A stretch of DNA of 64,000 bases from assembly GCA_944391505.1 (NCBI GenBank), contig CALXTV010000001.1:203952-267951 (forward strand). The letters run 5' to 3'. A program made the translations under genes and the position numbers. Source of the DNA: an uncultured Alphaproteobacteria bacterium. Lineage in GTDB: Bacteria > Pseudomonadota > Alphaproteobacteria > RF32 > CAG-239. Shown piece by piece: positions 50,031 through 59,306 of the stretch (the first letter of the stretch is position 1; the number at the start of each line of letters is the position of its first letter). The notes under the pieces are model-generated. The model searched no databases. It saw nothing but the letters and a program-made list of their open reading frames with translations, and was not told the origin of the DNA.

Positions 50031-51572
50031 CTAAAATTCCATTACAGGCCAAACTTGTGTATAAAGATTATCTTTGTAGTTCCATTGTAAGCCATATTGA
50101 TAATCCATATTTGAATACCAAACATTCGTACCGTTATATTCAGTTGAAGCCCGACCCATACCGGCCAAAATCAAAGATTTGTATCCGCCGAGTGTTTTGA
50201 GAATATTACTTAATGTAGAACGATTATTATAAACATTCGTCAAAATTCCCGCGGCAGGTAAACACCACTTGCCTTGAGTTTCCGTCGTCGGTGCATATTT
50301 ACGCGTTGCCCAGGCCGCTGGGTAGGAGCTGGCGTTACCGGCGGCTATAAGTTTATCTGTATTGCCGCAACTATCAAAGTCTTTTGCTGCATTTGCCGCT
50401 GTTGTATAATTAGTTAATGTAGATATGTCTGTACCATAAGGCCCCCATGCCATTCCCGCAAGACGTCCTGATTTATTAGGGGCTCCGTTTTTATCAACAG
50501 GCCACAGAGCCATAATCTGTCCGCCTATACCGTCAGCATTAACATAAACCACAATGCCCAAAGCAGTTTTGCTGCTGTCATGGTTGGCGGCGGCAACGCA
50601 GGTATTGTCCGTATAGAAAATATCGCCGATATTGCAGCTCGGACGAACGGCCACACAACTGTTTCCCGATGCCTTATATCCTGATTTGCAGCCCCAAGAG
50701 CTTATTTTAGACGAACAGTCGGAAAAATAAGTACAAGTTGCATTGGCCGGACAGCTGCTGATAACTGCCGTTCTGTTTCGGCAGTTGTCTTTATACGGCG
50801 TTTCGCACTTGGAAGAACAGTCCGACCAGTATTTCATACAGCCGTAAACTGCCGAGTTGTTGTCCGTGCGCTTGTGGCAGTTATCCGTATAAGCCGTCTT
50901 GCAAACCGACGAGCACGGCGAGCCGTAATATTCCTTACAGCCGTAAGTTCCCGCGCTTACACCGGACGGACAAACACAGCCGGTATATTTTCCCCCGCAG
51001 GTTGCTCCCGATACTGACCTTGGTGATGTACAGTTGGAAGAGTTGTAAACATATTCCGATTTGCAGGCACAGGATTGATATTTGCCGCCGCAGCTTGCTC
51101 CCTGACCAACCTGGTTGGACGCACAGCTGACCAGTTTCGGGTCACACTGACAAGAGGCATATTTGCCGCCGCAGCTTTCGCCCACGCCGACCTGTCCGGC
51201 CGGGCAGGTAACCAGATTGGAGGCGCATTTGCAACCTTTGCCGTAAGATGAGTTATAAGGGCAGGTTCCGTCAATCACCTGAACCGAATTACAGTTTACT
51301 TTTGAGAAACCCTCGTTCTGGCATTGTTTGGCCGTATCGATTGAATAATTTTCGTCGCCCGAACCAAATCCTGCATTCGGGTCACAGTCGCCATAACCAA
51401 GGAAACAGACTGCCGCTGTTTTATAAGAGTGAGACATATCAATAAAAGAGACGGGCTCCGGTTTGGGTGTGTGTTTTGGTGTATGTGTAGGAAAGCCGGA
51501 GGCAAGAACCAAACCGGGCAGTAAAGCCGTACCCGATAATAAAGAGAAGAACAAAACGGATTTATTCATCAT
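50031..51572 (-). CDS. secreted cysteine-rich tandem-repeat protein with DUF1566 (Lcl-like) C-terminal domain
   Basis: Start at MMNKSVLFFSLLSGTALLPGLVLASG (signal peptide; GGTGA RBS); the ORF-track extension to 51716 was rejected. Three ~24-aa repeats xC(P/A)xxQVGxGxSCGGKYxSCxC and two ~27-aa repeats YGC(K/M)xYxxxCSSxCxTxYxDNC. C-terminal GKWCLPAAGILTNVYNNRSTLSNIL resembles the DUF1566 WxLPxxxEL motif. Confidence 0.7.
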   Translation of the reverse strand: MMNKSVLFFSLLSGTALLPGLVLASGFPTHTPKHTPKPEPVSFIDMSHSYKTAAVCFLGYGDCDPNAGFGSGDENYSIDTAKQCQNEGFSKVNCNSVQVIDGTCPYNSSYGKGCKCASNLVTCPAGQVGVGESCGGKYASCQCDPKLVSCASNQVGQGASCGGKYQSCACKSEYVYNSSNCTSPRSVSGATCGGKYTGCVCPSGVSAGTYGCKEYYGSPCSSVCKTAYTDNCHKRTDNNSAVYGCMKYWSDCSSKCETPYKDNCRNRTAVISSCPANATCTYFSDCSSKISSWGCKSGYKASGNSCVAVRPSCNIGDIFYTDNTCVAAANHDSSKTALGIVVYVNADGIGGQIMALWPVDKNGAPNKSGRLAGMAWGPYGTDISTLTNYTTAANAAKDFDSCGNTDKLIAAGNASSYPAAWATRKYAPTTETQGKWCLPAAGILTNVYNNRSTLSNILKTLGGYKSLILAGMGRASTEYNGTNVWYSNMDYQYGLQWNYKDNLYTQVWPVMEF

Positions 51573-51795
51573 GGCATCACCTCGCGACAAAGTTAAAAAC
51601 CGGAGCCCGGAAGGGCAGAGAGGTGAAGACGAACTTAAAGACGGAAGACGCACACAAGCAGCTTCTTTTCCGAAGCGAAACACACTTGCCGTTCGGAAAA
51701 CATCGTTAATCCACACCTATCAAAACTTATGATATACTGAATTTTGATAAGAGTCAATATTTATTGGGACCAACCTTATTTTTGGCAACAAAAAA

Positions 51796-51821
51796 CCTCC
51801 GGCGGGTAACCGGAGGTTTTT
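51796..51821 (-). terminator. intrinsic terminator downstream of rpsA
   Basis: CCTCCGG-CGGGTAA-CCGGAGG hairpin flanked by A5/T5 tracts. Confidence 0.75.
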
Positions 51822-51839
51822 CTTACTTAACTGTTAAAA

Positions 51840-53543
51840 TTAAGCATTTTTCTTCAAAGCTTCGCCTAAAGCGTCACCCAGAGCGGAGTTAGAAGAACTC
51901 GTTGACGAATACTCTTCCAAAGCTTTCTTTTCTTCTTCGATTTCGAGAGCTTTGATCGAGAGACCAATCTTGTTGTTCTTCTTGTCCACAGAGGTTACTT
52001 TAGCTTCCAGAACATCGCCTTCTTTATAATTTTCGGGGTTCTGGGCAGCCTTGTCTTTGGACAGGTCGGCTTTCTTAATCATCGCCGCAATGCCGTTAAC
52101 TTCAACATTAACGCCTTTGTCTTCAATCGAAGTAACGGTAGCTTTGACGATGTCGCCTTTCTTCAGACCCTCCATGGCTTCGGCCATGGCGTTTTCGGAC
52201 AACTGCTTAATACCGAGGCTGATACGTTCTTTTTCAACGTCAACATCGATGATTTTAGCCTGAATGTCCTGACCTTTGGTAAAGTCTTTGACGGCTTCTT
52301 CGCCGGATTTGTCCCAGGCAATGTCAGACAAGTGAATCATACCGTCGATTTCATCGGACAGACCGACAAACAAACCGAACTCGGTAATGTTTTTAATCTT
52401 GCCTTCGATGACGGATCCGACCGGATGCTCTTCAACATAAGCAGCCCACGGATTCGGCGTGCACTGTTTGATGCCGAGGCTGATACGGCGTTTTTCCGGA
52501 TCAACTTCCAAAACTTTAACTTCGACTTCCTGAGAAGTAGAAACAATCTTGCCCGGATGAACGTTTTTGCGGGTCCAGCTCATTTCGGAAACGTGAACCA
52601 AACCTTCAATGCCGTCCTCGAGTTCGACAAATGCACCGTAATCGGTAATATTGGTGACTTTTCCTTTGTAAACTTCGCCAACCTTGTATTTGTCGGCAAC
52701 AGCCTGCCACGGATCGCTTTCAAGCTGCTTCATGCCGAGGCTGATACGCTGGTTGTCTTCGTTGAATTTAATAACCTGAACCTTAACCGTCTGACCGACC
52801 GACAGAACTTCCGCCGGATGGTTGATTCTCTTCCAGGAGATGTCGGTAACGTGCAGCAGACCGTCAACGCCGCCGAGATCAATAAATGCACCGTAATCGG
52901 TAATGTTTTTGACAACGCCTTCCAGAACAGAACCTTCTTTCAGGGTATCAATCAGTTCGGCGCGGGCTTCGGCGCGGGTTTCTTCAAGAACGACACGGCG
53001 CGAAACGACGATATTGCCTCTGACCTTGTCCATCTTCAAAATCTGGAACGGCTGTGAAATTCCCATCAGCGGCGTAATGTCGCGGATCGGACGAATGTCG
53101 ATCTGAGAACCGGGCAGGAAAGCAACGGCGCCGTTAAGATCAACGGTAAAGCCGCCTTTGACGCGACCAAAGATAATGCCGTTGACTCTTTCGCCGGAGT
53201 TGAGGCATTTTTCCAGATCCTGCCAAACTTCTTCACGGCGGGCTTTTTCGCGAGACAGAACAATCAGGCCGTCTTTGTCTTCATAACGATCGACATAAAC
53301 TTCAACCTTGTCGCCGACCTTGAGTTCGGCATTCTGACCGAATTCACGCAACGGAATACGGCCTTCTGATTTCAACCCGACGTCAACAATGGCAAAATCG
53401 GGCGTCAAACGGATAATGGTACCCTTAACAACCGAACCGGTGATGCCCTTGTCTCCGAACTGTTCGTTCAGAAGAGCTTCAAAGTTTTCGTTTGTCTCGG
53501 GAATTTTTAATTCGGTATTTGTCATAAAATATTTGTATTTCAA
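51840..53543 (-). CDS. rpsA: 30S ribosomal protein S1
   Basis: 567 aa with six S1 repeats. Conserved cmk–rpsA order. Confidence 0.96.
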   Translation of the reverse strand: MKYKYFMTNTELKIPETNENFEALLNEQFGDKGITGSVVKGTIIRLTPDFAIVDVGLKSEGRIPLREFGQNAELKVGDKVEVYVDRYEDKDGLIVLSREKARREEVWQDLEKCLNSGERVNGIIFGRVKGGFTVDLNGAVAFLPGSQIDIRPIRDITPLMGISQPFQILKMDKVRGNIVVSRRVVLEETRAEARAELIDTLKEGSVLEGVVKNITDYGAFIDLGGVDGLLHVTDISWKRINHPAEVLSVGQTVKVQVIKFNEDNQRISLGMKQLESDPWQAVADKYKVGEVYKGKVTNITDYGAFVELEDGIEGLVHVSEMSWTRKNVHPGKIVSTSQEVEVKVLEVDPEKRRISLGIKQCTPNPWAAYVEEHPVGSVIEGKIKNITEFGLFVGLSDEIDGMIHLSDIAWDKSGEEAVKDFTKGQDIQAKIIDVDVEKERISLGIKQLSENAMAEAMEGLKKGDIVKATVTSIEDKGVNVEVNGIAAMIKKADLSKDKAAQNPENYKEGDVLEAKVTSVDKKNNKIGLSIKALEIEEEKKALEEYSSTSSSNSALGDALGEALKKNA

Positions 53544-53658
53544 AAAAATGCCAACCCCTGATTAAATGAACTGGAGCGGACTTGTGCGGGTTAACTGCGG
53601 ATACGCCGGCGCACCCCGGAACATACCGGGTTTGTTTATACACCCAAAATATTATTTT

Positions 53659-54324
53659 TCAAGCGGATTTTTTATGATTATCAATAATTTCGCGTGCTTT
53701 GGCAACCACTTCGCCGATATTCATGTCCGAAGTGTCGATAATATACGCGTCCGGCGCGGCTTTCAGAGGCGCGGTTGAACGCTGTGAGTCCCGCTCGTCC
53801 CGGGCAACGATGTCGGCCAAAACTTTTTCGTAGGGCGTATCAAGACCCTTTTCTTGCAATTCCTTGAAGCGGCGCTTGGCACGGACTTCCGAAGACGCGG
53901 TAATAAAAAATTTGATGTCCGCTTGCGGGCAAACGACGGTACCTGTGTCTCGACCGTCATAAATGGCGCCTTTTGCCGGTGTTCCGTCGGCAAAGGTCGG
54001 ATTTAAGGCAAAATCCTGCTGCATCTTGAGCAGCGCCGCACGGACTCTCGGCTGGGCGGAAACCACCGAAGCGGCAACACCGCCCTCGGAACTGCGAAAC
54101 TCCTGGTGTTTGGAAAGTTCGGTCATTTTTGCAAAAGTAAGTGCCCTGGCCGCCGCTTCGGCGAGGTCCTCATCATTAATATCCTGATTCTTGAGCCGAA
54201 GATCAAGCCCGACGGCACGATAAACCATGCCGGTGTCAAAATAGGCCAGATGATATATCTCGGCCAGAGTGGAAGCAAGCGTGCCCTTGCCGGCAGATGC
54301 CGGACCGTCAATCGTAATAATCAT
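53659..54324 (-). CDS. cmk: cytidylate kinase
   Basis: IITIDGPASAGKGT P-loop. 221 aa. Confidence 0.93.
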   Translation of the reverse strand: MIITIDGPASAGKGTLASTLAEIYHLAYFDTGMVYRAVGLDLRLKNQDINDEDLAEAAARALTFAKMTELSKHQEFRSSEGGVAASVVSAQPRVRAALLKMQQDFALNPTFADGTPAKGAIYDGRDTGTVVCPQADIKFFITASSEVRAKRRFKELQEKGLDTPYEKVLADIVARDERDSQRSTAPLKAAPDAYIIDTSDMNIGEVVAKAREIIDNHKKSA

Positions 54325-54439
54325 ATCTTTATCCGAATTACCGCAAAAATTATTTATTCCTTAACATATCTGATATAAAATCTGATGTGTATGATATTTT
54401 GAATTTATACCAAGCTTTTGTGCACAACTGGATAAGGGT

Positions 54440-55009
54440 TTGATTATGAAGTTGAAAATTTTTCTTTTTGCTGCTTTTGTTCTGTTGGCCGTTCAGCCGG
54501 CCGCGGCCAAAAGCCTCAAACACAATATCGTGGTTCAGAGCTACCGCGACATTCAAAACAGCAACATGTATGAACCCGGATACAATCAGGGCGGATATCA
54601 GGTTCGCGTCGAGCAACAGGAAAAACAAACGGGAGGCCCGGTTATTGCTGTAACTGAACCTGACGAAAATCCGGCGGAAGATTATAATGAAAAAATAGCC
54701 GGCAAACTTTTCGAAAAAGATATGTCTCCGGTTACTGTCGAACTTCTTGAACCGCAAACCAAAGTTAAAGTCAATGTCGGGCAGCCGCTGCAGATTCTGC
54801 TTCCTGAAGACAAAGCTAAATGGTATTACGGAGGCAATGAGCTTAAAAGCATACGGATTAAGGAAGACTATTTTTATCAGGGACAAAGAATAATCAATGT
54901 CGAAGCATTGGAAAGCGGCAAAGAAAAAGTTTATTTTGATCTGATTGATGACAGCGGCGAAGCCATAAAAGTCTTAGGCTCTCGGATTTTAAATATTACG
55001 GTAGAATAA
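54440..55009 (+). CDS. secreted hypothetical protein (189 aa)
   Basis: Signal peptide MIMKLKIFLFAAFVLLAVQPAAA. No assigned family. Confidence 0.55.
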   Translation: MIMKLKIFLFAAFVLLAVQPAAAKSLKHNIVVQSYRDIQNSNMYEPGYNQGGYQVRVEQQEKQTGGPVIAVTEPDENPAEDYNEKIAGKLFEKDMSPVTVELLEPQTKVKVNVGQPLQILLPEDKAKWYYGGNELKSIRIKEDYFYQGQRIINVEALESGKEKVYFDLIDDSGEAIKVLGSRILNITVE

Positions 55010-55750
55010 ATGTCGGAAAAAAAAGCAAAAATAAGGCTTTATTGCGAAACAAAGCTGGTGCCCGGCCTGGAAATTCGGCTGAACGAAAAACAAGGCCATT
55101 ATTTGATTAATGTCATGAAGCTGATGGCCGGAGACACAATATTTGCCTTTGACAATGAAAACGGCGAATTTCTCTGTACGTTGAAAACCGCCGACAGAAA
55201 GAACTGTCTGCTGGAAGTTTCCGAACAAACCCGAGGCTTTGAAAAATGCCCGGATATCTGGCTGTTGTTTGCTCCGGTCAAAAAAGACCAAACCGATTTC
55301 ATCATTCAGAAAGCAACCGAGCTCGGGGTGTCGAAAATTATGCCGGTGATTACGGCACGCACCTTAAGCGGAAATGTCAAAAAAGAACGTTTTACGGCCC
55401 AAAGCATTGAAGCGGCCGAACAGTGCCGCCGGGTAGATTTACCGGAAATTGCGACAGCCGCACCGCTTGAAAAAGTGTTGAAAAACTGGGATGAATCCCG
55501 GATTCTCTATTTTATGGACGAAACCGGCAAATCGCCGTGTGCGGCGAAAGTTTTTGATCCCGGGATTAAAAAAGCGGCGTTGCTGGTCGGTCCCGAGGGC
55601 GGTTTTAACGAAGACGAGTTAAACAAACTGCGGGCGCTTCCTTTTGCCCGCGGTGCGGTTTTGGGAAAACGAATTTTAAGGGCGGAAACAGCGGTTGCCG
55701 CCGCTTTGGCGGTTTGGCAGTCCGTTGCCGGAGACTGGCGGGAGGAATAA
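55010..55750 (+). CDS. rsmE: 16S rRNA (uracil1498-N3)-methyltransferase RsmE
   Basis: 246 aa. PUA-like N-terminus and a SPOUT C-terminus (LLVGPEGGF). Confidence 0.88.
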   Translation: MSEKKAKIRLYCETKLVPGLEIRLNEKQGHYLINVMKLMAGDTIFAFDNENGEFLCTLKTADRKNCLLEVSEQTRGFEKCPDIWLLFAPVKKDQTDFIIQKATELGVSKIMPVITARTLSGNVKKERFTAQSIEAAEQCRRVDLPEIATAAPLEKVLKNWDESRILYFMDETGKSPCAAKVFDPGIKKAALLVGPEGGFNEDELNKLRALPFARGAVLGKRILRAETAVAAALAVWQSVAGDWREE

Positions 55751-55752
55751 TC

Positions 55753-56427
55753 ATGCGTATTTTGATAGCCGATGATCACGAATTGTTCTTAAAAGGATTG
55801 GAATTTATCCTTTCCGACATAAGCAAAGACTTGGAACTGGTTCCGGCTAAGAGTTATACCGATATTTTCCGTATTCTTGAAAGAGACAGAAATTTCAATC
55901 TGGTATTGACGGATTTGGCTATGCCCGGTGCCAACTGGGAAGAAGCGATAACCCGGATTCACGAAATGCTGCCGGAAACGCCGATTATTATTTTGTCGGC
56001 AGTGTTCGACAAGGAAATTGTCGAAAAAACCATTGAAATCGGCGTCTCCGGGTATATTCCCAAAACATCGTCGAATGCGGTAATTCTTTCAGCCGTCAAT
56101 CTGGTCATGTCCGGCGGCGTCTATATTCCGCCCGAGCTGCTCAACCGTCGGCTGCCTGACGAATTTAATGACTTCCGCCGGGCTGTAGAACTCCCCGAGG
56201 GCAAGGCCGTCGAAGAAAACATCAAAAGCCTGACTCCGCGTCAGATTGACGTTTTGCGTTGTATTTCGCAGGGAATGTCCAACAAGCAGATAGCTTATGC
56301 GCTCGGCCTGACCGAAGGAACCGTTAAATTGCATGTTACCGCGATTCTGAAAATTCTGAATGTCTATAACCGCACCGGTGCGGTGGTTGAAGCGGCCAGA
56401 CTGGGATTAATAAAGAAAAATGACTGA
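55753..56427 (+). CDS. response regulator, receiver + LuxR/FixJ-type HTH
   Basis: MRILIADDHELF, phospho-acceptor context LVLTDLAMPG, and a C-terminal LTPRQIDVLRCISQGMSNKQIA HTH. Start at the ATG after a GGAGG RBS. Confidence 0.88.
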   Translation: MRILIADDHELFLKGLEFILSDISKDLELVPAKSYTDIFRILERDRNFNLVLTDLAMPGANWEEAITRIHEMLPETPIIILSAVFDKEIVEKTIEIGVSGYIPKTSSNAVILSAVNLVMSGGVYIPPELLNRRLPDEFNDFRRAVELPEGKAVEENIKSLTPRQIDVLRCISQGMSNKQIAYALGLTEGTVKLHVTAILKILNVYNRTGAVVEAARLGLIKKND

Positions 56428-56773
56428 TTTTGATGCCGACAGACTTTCAGAATATTGCGAAGCGGTCGGGATGCCCGGCTTAAAAAAGCTTTGGCATGAC
56501 TTTGCCGCCGATACGGAAAGTTTTTTTGCCTCGGCATTATCTGACGGCAGCGAAGAGCTCCGCCTGAAATTTCACAATCTGCGAGCCGATTCTTTGGTTT
56601 TCGGCCTGATCGGATTTTCCAAAATTTGCGCCGAACTGGAAAATGCGCTTGTTCGGGGTGTTTCGGTTCCGGAGCTTGCTGATGAAATTAAACAGGCGAC
56701 GCAGATGTTTTCAATCCAGCGAACAAAAGTCGATGCGTATTTGGAGAAAGAAGATGGTACAAATCAAAGATAG
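56420..56773 (+). CDS. histidine phosphotransfer (Hpt) domain protein
   Basis: 117 aa. Hpt-like FHNLRADSLVFGL. 8-nt overlap with the response regulator. Confidence 0.6.
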   Translation: MTDFDADRLSEYCEAVGMPGLKKLWHDFAADTESFFASALSDGSEELRLKFHNLRADSLVFGLIGFSKICAELENALVRGVSVPELADEIKQATQMFSIQRTKVDAYLEKEDGTNQR

Positions 56774-57530
56774 AAAAAACGTTCCCAGTGAAGAAGATTT
56801 TCTGAAAGCAGTAGAGGAGAACGAAAATCAAAAGCCAAAGCTTCCCAAATATCTGACGGCAATATACGGCAAAATATACGAAAATCCTAAGATCAGCCGT
56901 TTGTTAGATAGTCCGCGCCTGCTCAACATTTTTACTTTGGGCAACAGTTCGCGCTTGATAGAAGCTTCATTGAAGGAAGTCAAGCAAAGTCAGAAAGTGC
57001 TGCAAATTGGTGCTACTTTTGGTGATCAGATTGAGCAAACCGCCGATCGTATCGGCTATTATGGAAAATACGATTTGATTGATGTCAGCGAAACCCAGTT
57101 GACCCGAGTTGAAGAAAAATATAAATATTTATATGCCAATATGCGTTTTCTGCACCATGACGGCAGAGAACCGTTAACCGAAAAATATGATGTTGTCTTG
57201 GTCTATATGCTGTTGCACGAGTTGCCGATTTTGAGCAAAATCAAAGTGGTTAACAATGCGCTTAACAGTACGAACGAAAACGGCAAAGTCGTTTTTATCG
57301 ACTATTACAATCCGGTCAAATGGCATCCGCTGCGTTATTTTGTCAGAATGTTCAACCGTCTTTATCAGCCTTTTGCCGAAAAACTTTGGGATCGGGAAAT
57401 TCATACTTTTGCCGATAAAAAGAATACATTTTTCTGGCGCAAAAAGACCTATTTCGGCGACATGTATCAAAAAACGGTCGCTTCCCGCAAAGACGACCGT
57501 GACTTCTTCGGTGAAAATGAGCCGGAATAA
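56754..57530 (+). CDS. class I methyltransferase-like protein with degenerate SAM motif I (RquA-like)
   Basis: VLQIGATFGD sits in the place of the canonical (D/E)xGxGxG. Methyltransferase-fold spacing. Start uncertain (alternatives at 56733 and 56643). Confidence 0.55.
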   Translation: MVQIKDRKNVPSEEDFLKAVEENENQKPKLPKYLTAIYGKIYENPKISRLLDSPRLLNIFTLGNSSRLIEASLKEVKQSQKVLQIGATFGDQIEQTADRIGYYGKYDLIDVSETQLTRVEEKYKYLYANMRFLHHDGREPLTEKYDVVLVYMLLHELPILSKIKVVNNALNSTNENGKVVFIDYYNPVKWHPLRYFVRMFNRLYQPFAEKLWDREIHTFADKKNTFFWRKKTYFGDMYQKTVASRKDDRDFFGENEPE

Positions 57531-57532
57531 AA

Positions 57533-58507
57533 TTACAGATTATCTATTTTTTCGGCAATCTGCCTGGCCGGATTAAGGGTTTTTTGTGGCCGGAAAGACA
57601 AAGCGTCCGGAGCGTCAATGTGTACGGCATAACCGCCGTCGATCAGGGACTGCACAAAACGTTCGTGTTTGGGCGTCAGCCAGCCTTTGCCGGTAAACAG
57701 CAGCACCGGTTTGCCGGATCCGCAGCATTCGCAGGGCATGGAAACGGAGTCTCCTGTTGCGATGATATTATCGGCCAGTGCCCAGAATCCCATAATCGGA
57801 TTATCTTTCTTTTCGCCCCACCAGTAAGTATAAGCCGGAATTCCCTCAATTTCTTTTTTGATAATGTTTTCGGCTTCAATACCGGTGCGGCGGGAAGTCG
57901 TAATCAGAATTGAACCGCCGGTTTGTTCCTTGATTTTGCGAATGCTTCTGCCGAGCAGCCGGGCGTTTTCTGCCGTAAAGGGCTTGTTTTTGATGGCACC
58001 GCCGATGATGACCGCTGTCAGCGGACGAGGCAACGAAGCAAAGGCATCTGTCCATTTGACGGCCGCTTCCGCCAAAGCCTCCGGCGTTACGCGATGCGGG
58101 CAGCCGGTAATATAAAAAATATTCGGCGCTTTGGCTTTGCCTCGGTCATGTTCGGGGACCGCTGCCAGCGAAAAGTCCCGCAAACCGCATTTCCCCGGGT
58201 GCATCAGTTGAATCAGCCTGGTTCTGCCGCCAGAAGCTTTTTTGATGAATCTTGCCGGAGGCACCGTCCGACGACTGATGGATACGGCCAAATCCGGCCA
58301 CGGCGCCGTCAGCTCCCGCCGAGTGGCAGCGGTTACGCCGAGCAGGCTCCTGCCGAGTAAAAAGTTCGGCAGATCGGCCAGTCTGTTATATTCGATTTTT
58401 TTTTCGACGATTTCATAGCGTTCTTTATCCAGAGCCTGTATAATGCCCTTGGCCTGTCCGACGCTGCCCGTTCGGTTGTCCATTAAAAACCAGATGATTT
58501 TTTTCAT
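57533..58507 (-). CDS. ELM1/GtrOC1-family protein (mitochondrial fission ELM1-like; putative glycosyltransferase fold)
   Basis: 324 aa. N-terminal MKKIIWFLMDNRTGSVGQAKGI, typical of PF06258 members in alphaproteobacteria. Confidence 0.65.
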   Translation of the reverse strand: MKKIIWFLMDNRTGSVGQAKGIIQALDKERYEIVEKKIEYNRLADLPNFLLGRSLLGVTAATRRELTAPWPDLAVSISRRTVPPARFIKKASGGRTRLIQLMHPGKCGLRDFSLAAVPEHDRGKAKAPNIFYITGCPHRVTPEALAEAAVKWTDAFASLPRPLTAVIIGGAIKNKPFTAENARLLGRSIRKIKEQTGGSILITTSRRTGIEAENIIKKEIEGIPAYTYWWGEKKDNPIMGFWALADNIIATGDSVSMPCECCGSGKPVLLFTGKGWLTPKHERFVQSLIDGGYAVHIDAPDALSFRPQKTLNPARQIAEKIDNL

Positions 58508-58614
58508 GTGTAAACTCTAAAATTTAAATAGTCAAAGGATTCGGATTATTATATTCTTACATCATATAAAGTATCTTAATTAACGCAATGTTTTTTTAAG
58601 AAAGGATAAAAGGA

Positions 58615-58920
58615 ATGAAGAAAATCGGGCTGGCCGTCGCGTTTTTTGGACTTTTGGTTTCGGGTAGCGCCGCGGCTCAGTACAGCGCTCAAAACGACGC
58701 CAAATATATCGCCACGTTGAAAGCCGTGGTTAATTATAAAATTGACGATCAGGAAAATATTCGGGATATTGAAGCGCTGCGCCAGAACCGCCAGTTTAAT
58801 GAAAAGTTGCAGCGTATGCTGGACAAACTCAGCAATGAGCGTACCAAAGATGCCAAAAACCGCAGGGTTTTGAAAGTTTTGGAGCAGGCCGGCGAAGAAA
58901 TTTATAAGATTCTTGATTAA
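58615..58920 (+). CDS. small secreted protein (101 aa)
   Basis: Signal peptide MKKIGLAVAFFGLLVSGSAAAQ. Basic C-terminal region. Confidence 0.5.
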   Translation: MKKIGLAVAFFGLLVSGSAAAQYSAQNDAKYIATLKAVVNYKIDDQENIRDIEALRQNRQFNEKLQRMLDKLSNERTKDAKNRRVLKVLEQAGEEIYKILD

Positions 58921-58938
58921 AAATACGGAGGTCGGGCG

Positions 58939-59250
58939 ATGAAAATTCTTTTAAAACTGATGGCATTTTGTCTTCTGATATCGGCCTGCACGGTTTTGCA
59001 ACGCGGCAGCAAGGTGGAAGACGACTATTACAGCAGCAATGCCGAACGTTTTATGCAGAATGTTTCCGTTAAGGAAGAAACGGCGCGTTCCGTTACATAT
59101 GAATATAAAGATATTCGCATAGACGAAGTTTCGTCGCTGGCAGTGCGTTATTGTGCCGAACACGGAGATAAAAAGGCCTTTCTGCGCGAAAGCATTACCT
59201 ACCGCAACCATCTGCGCCGGGCAACTTTTGACTGCGTCAACTTGCAATAA
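58939..59250 (+). CDS. small lipoprotein (103 aa)
   Basis: Lipobox LLISAC at the end of the signal peptide. Confidence 0.55.
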   Translation: MKILLKLMAFCLLISACTVLQRGSKVEDDYYSSNAERFMQNVSVKEETARSVTYEYKDIRIDEVSSLAVRYCAEHGDKKAFLRESITYRNHLRRATFDCVNLQ

Positions 59251-59306
59251 ACCTATTCTCTTCCTATATAAAAATTTAGGATAAGAAGTAAGGAAGCGCT
59301 TAAAAA

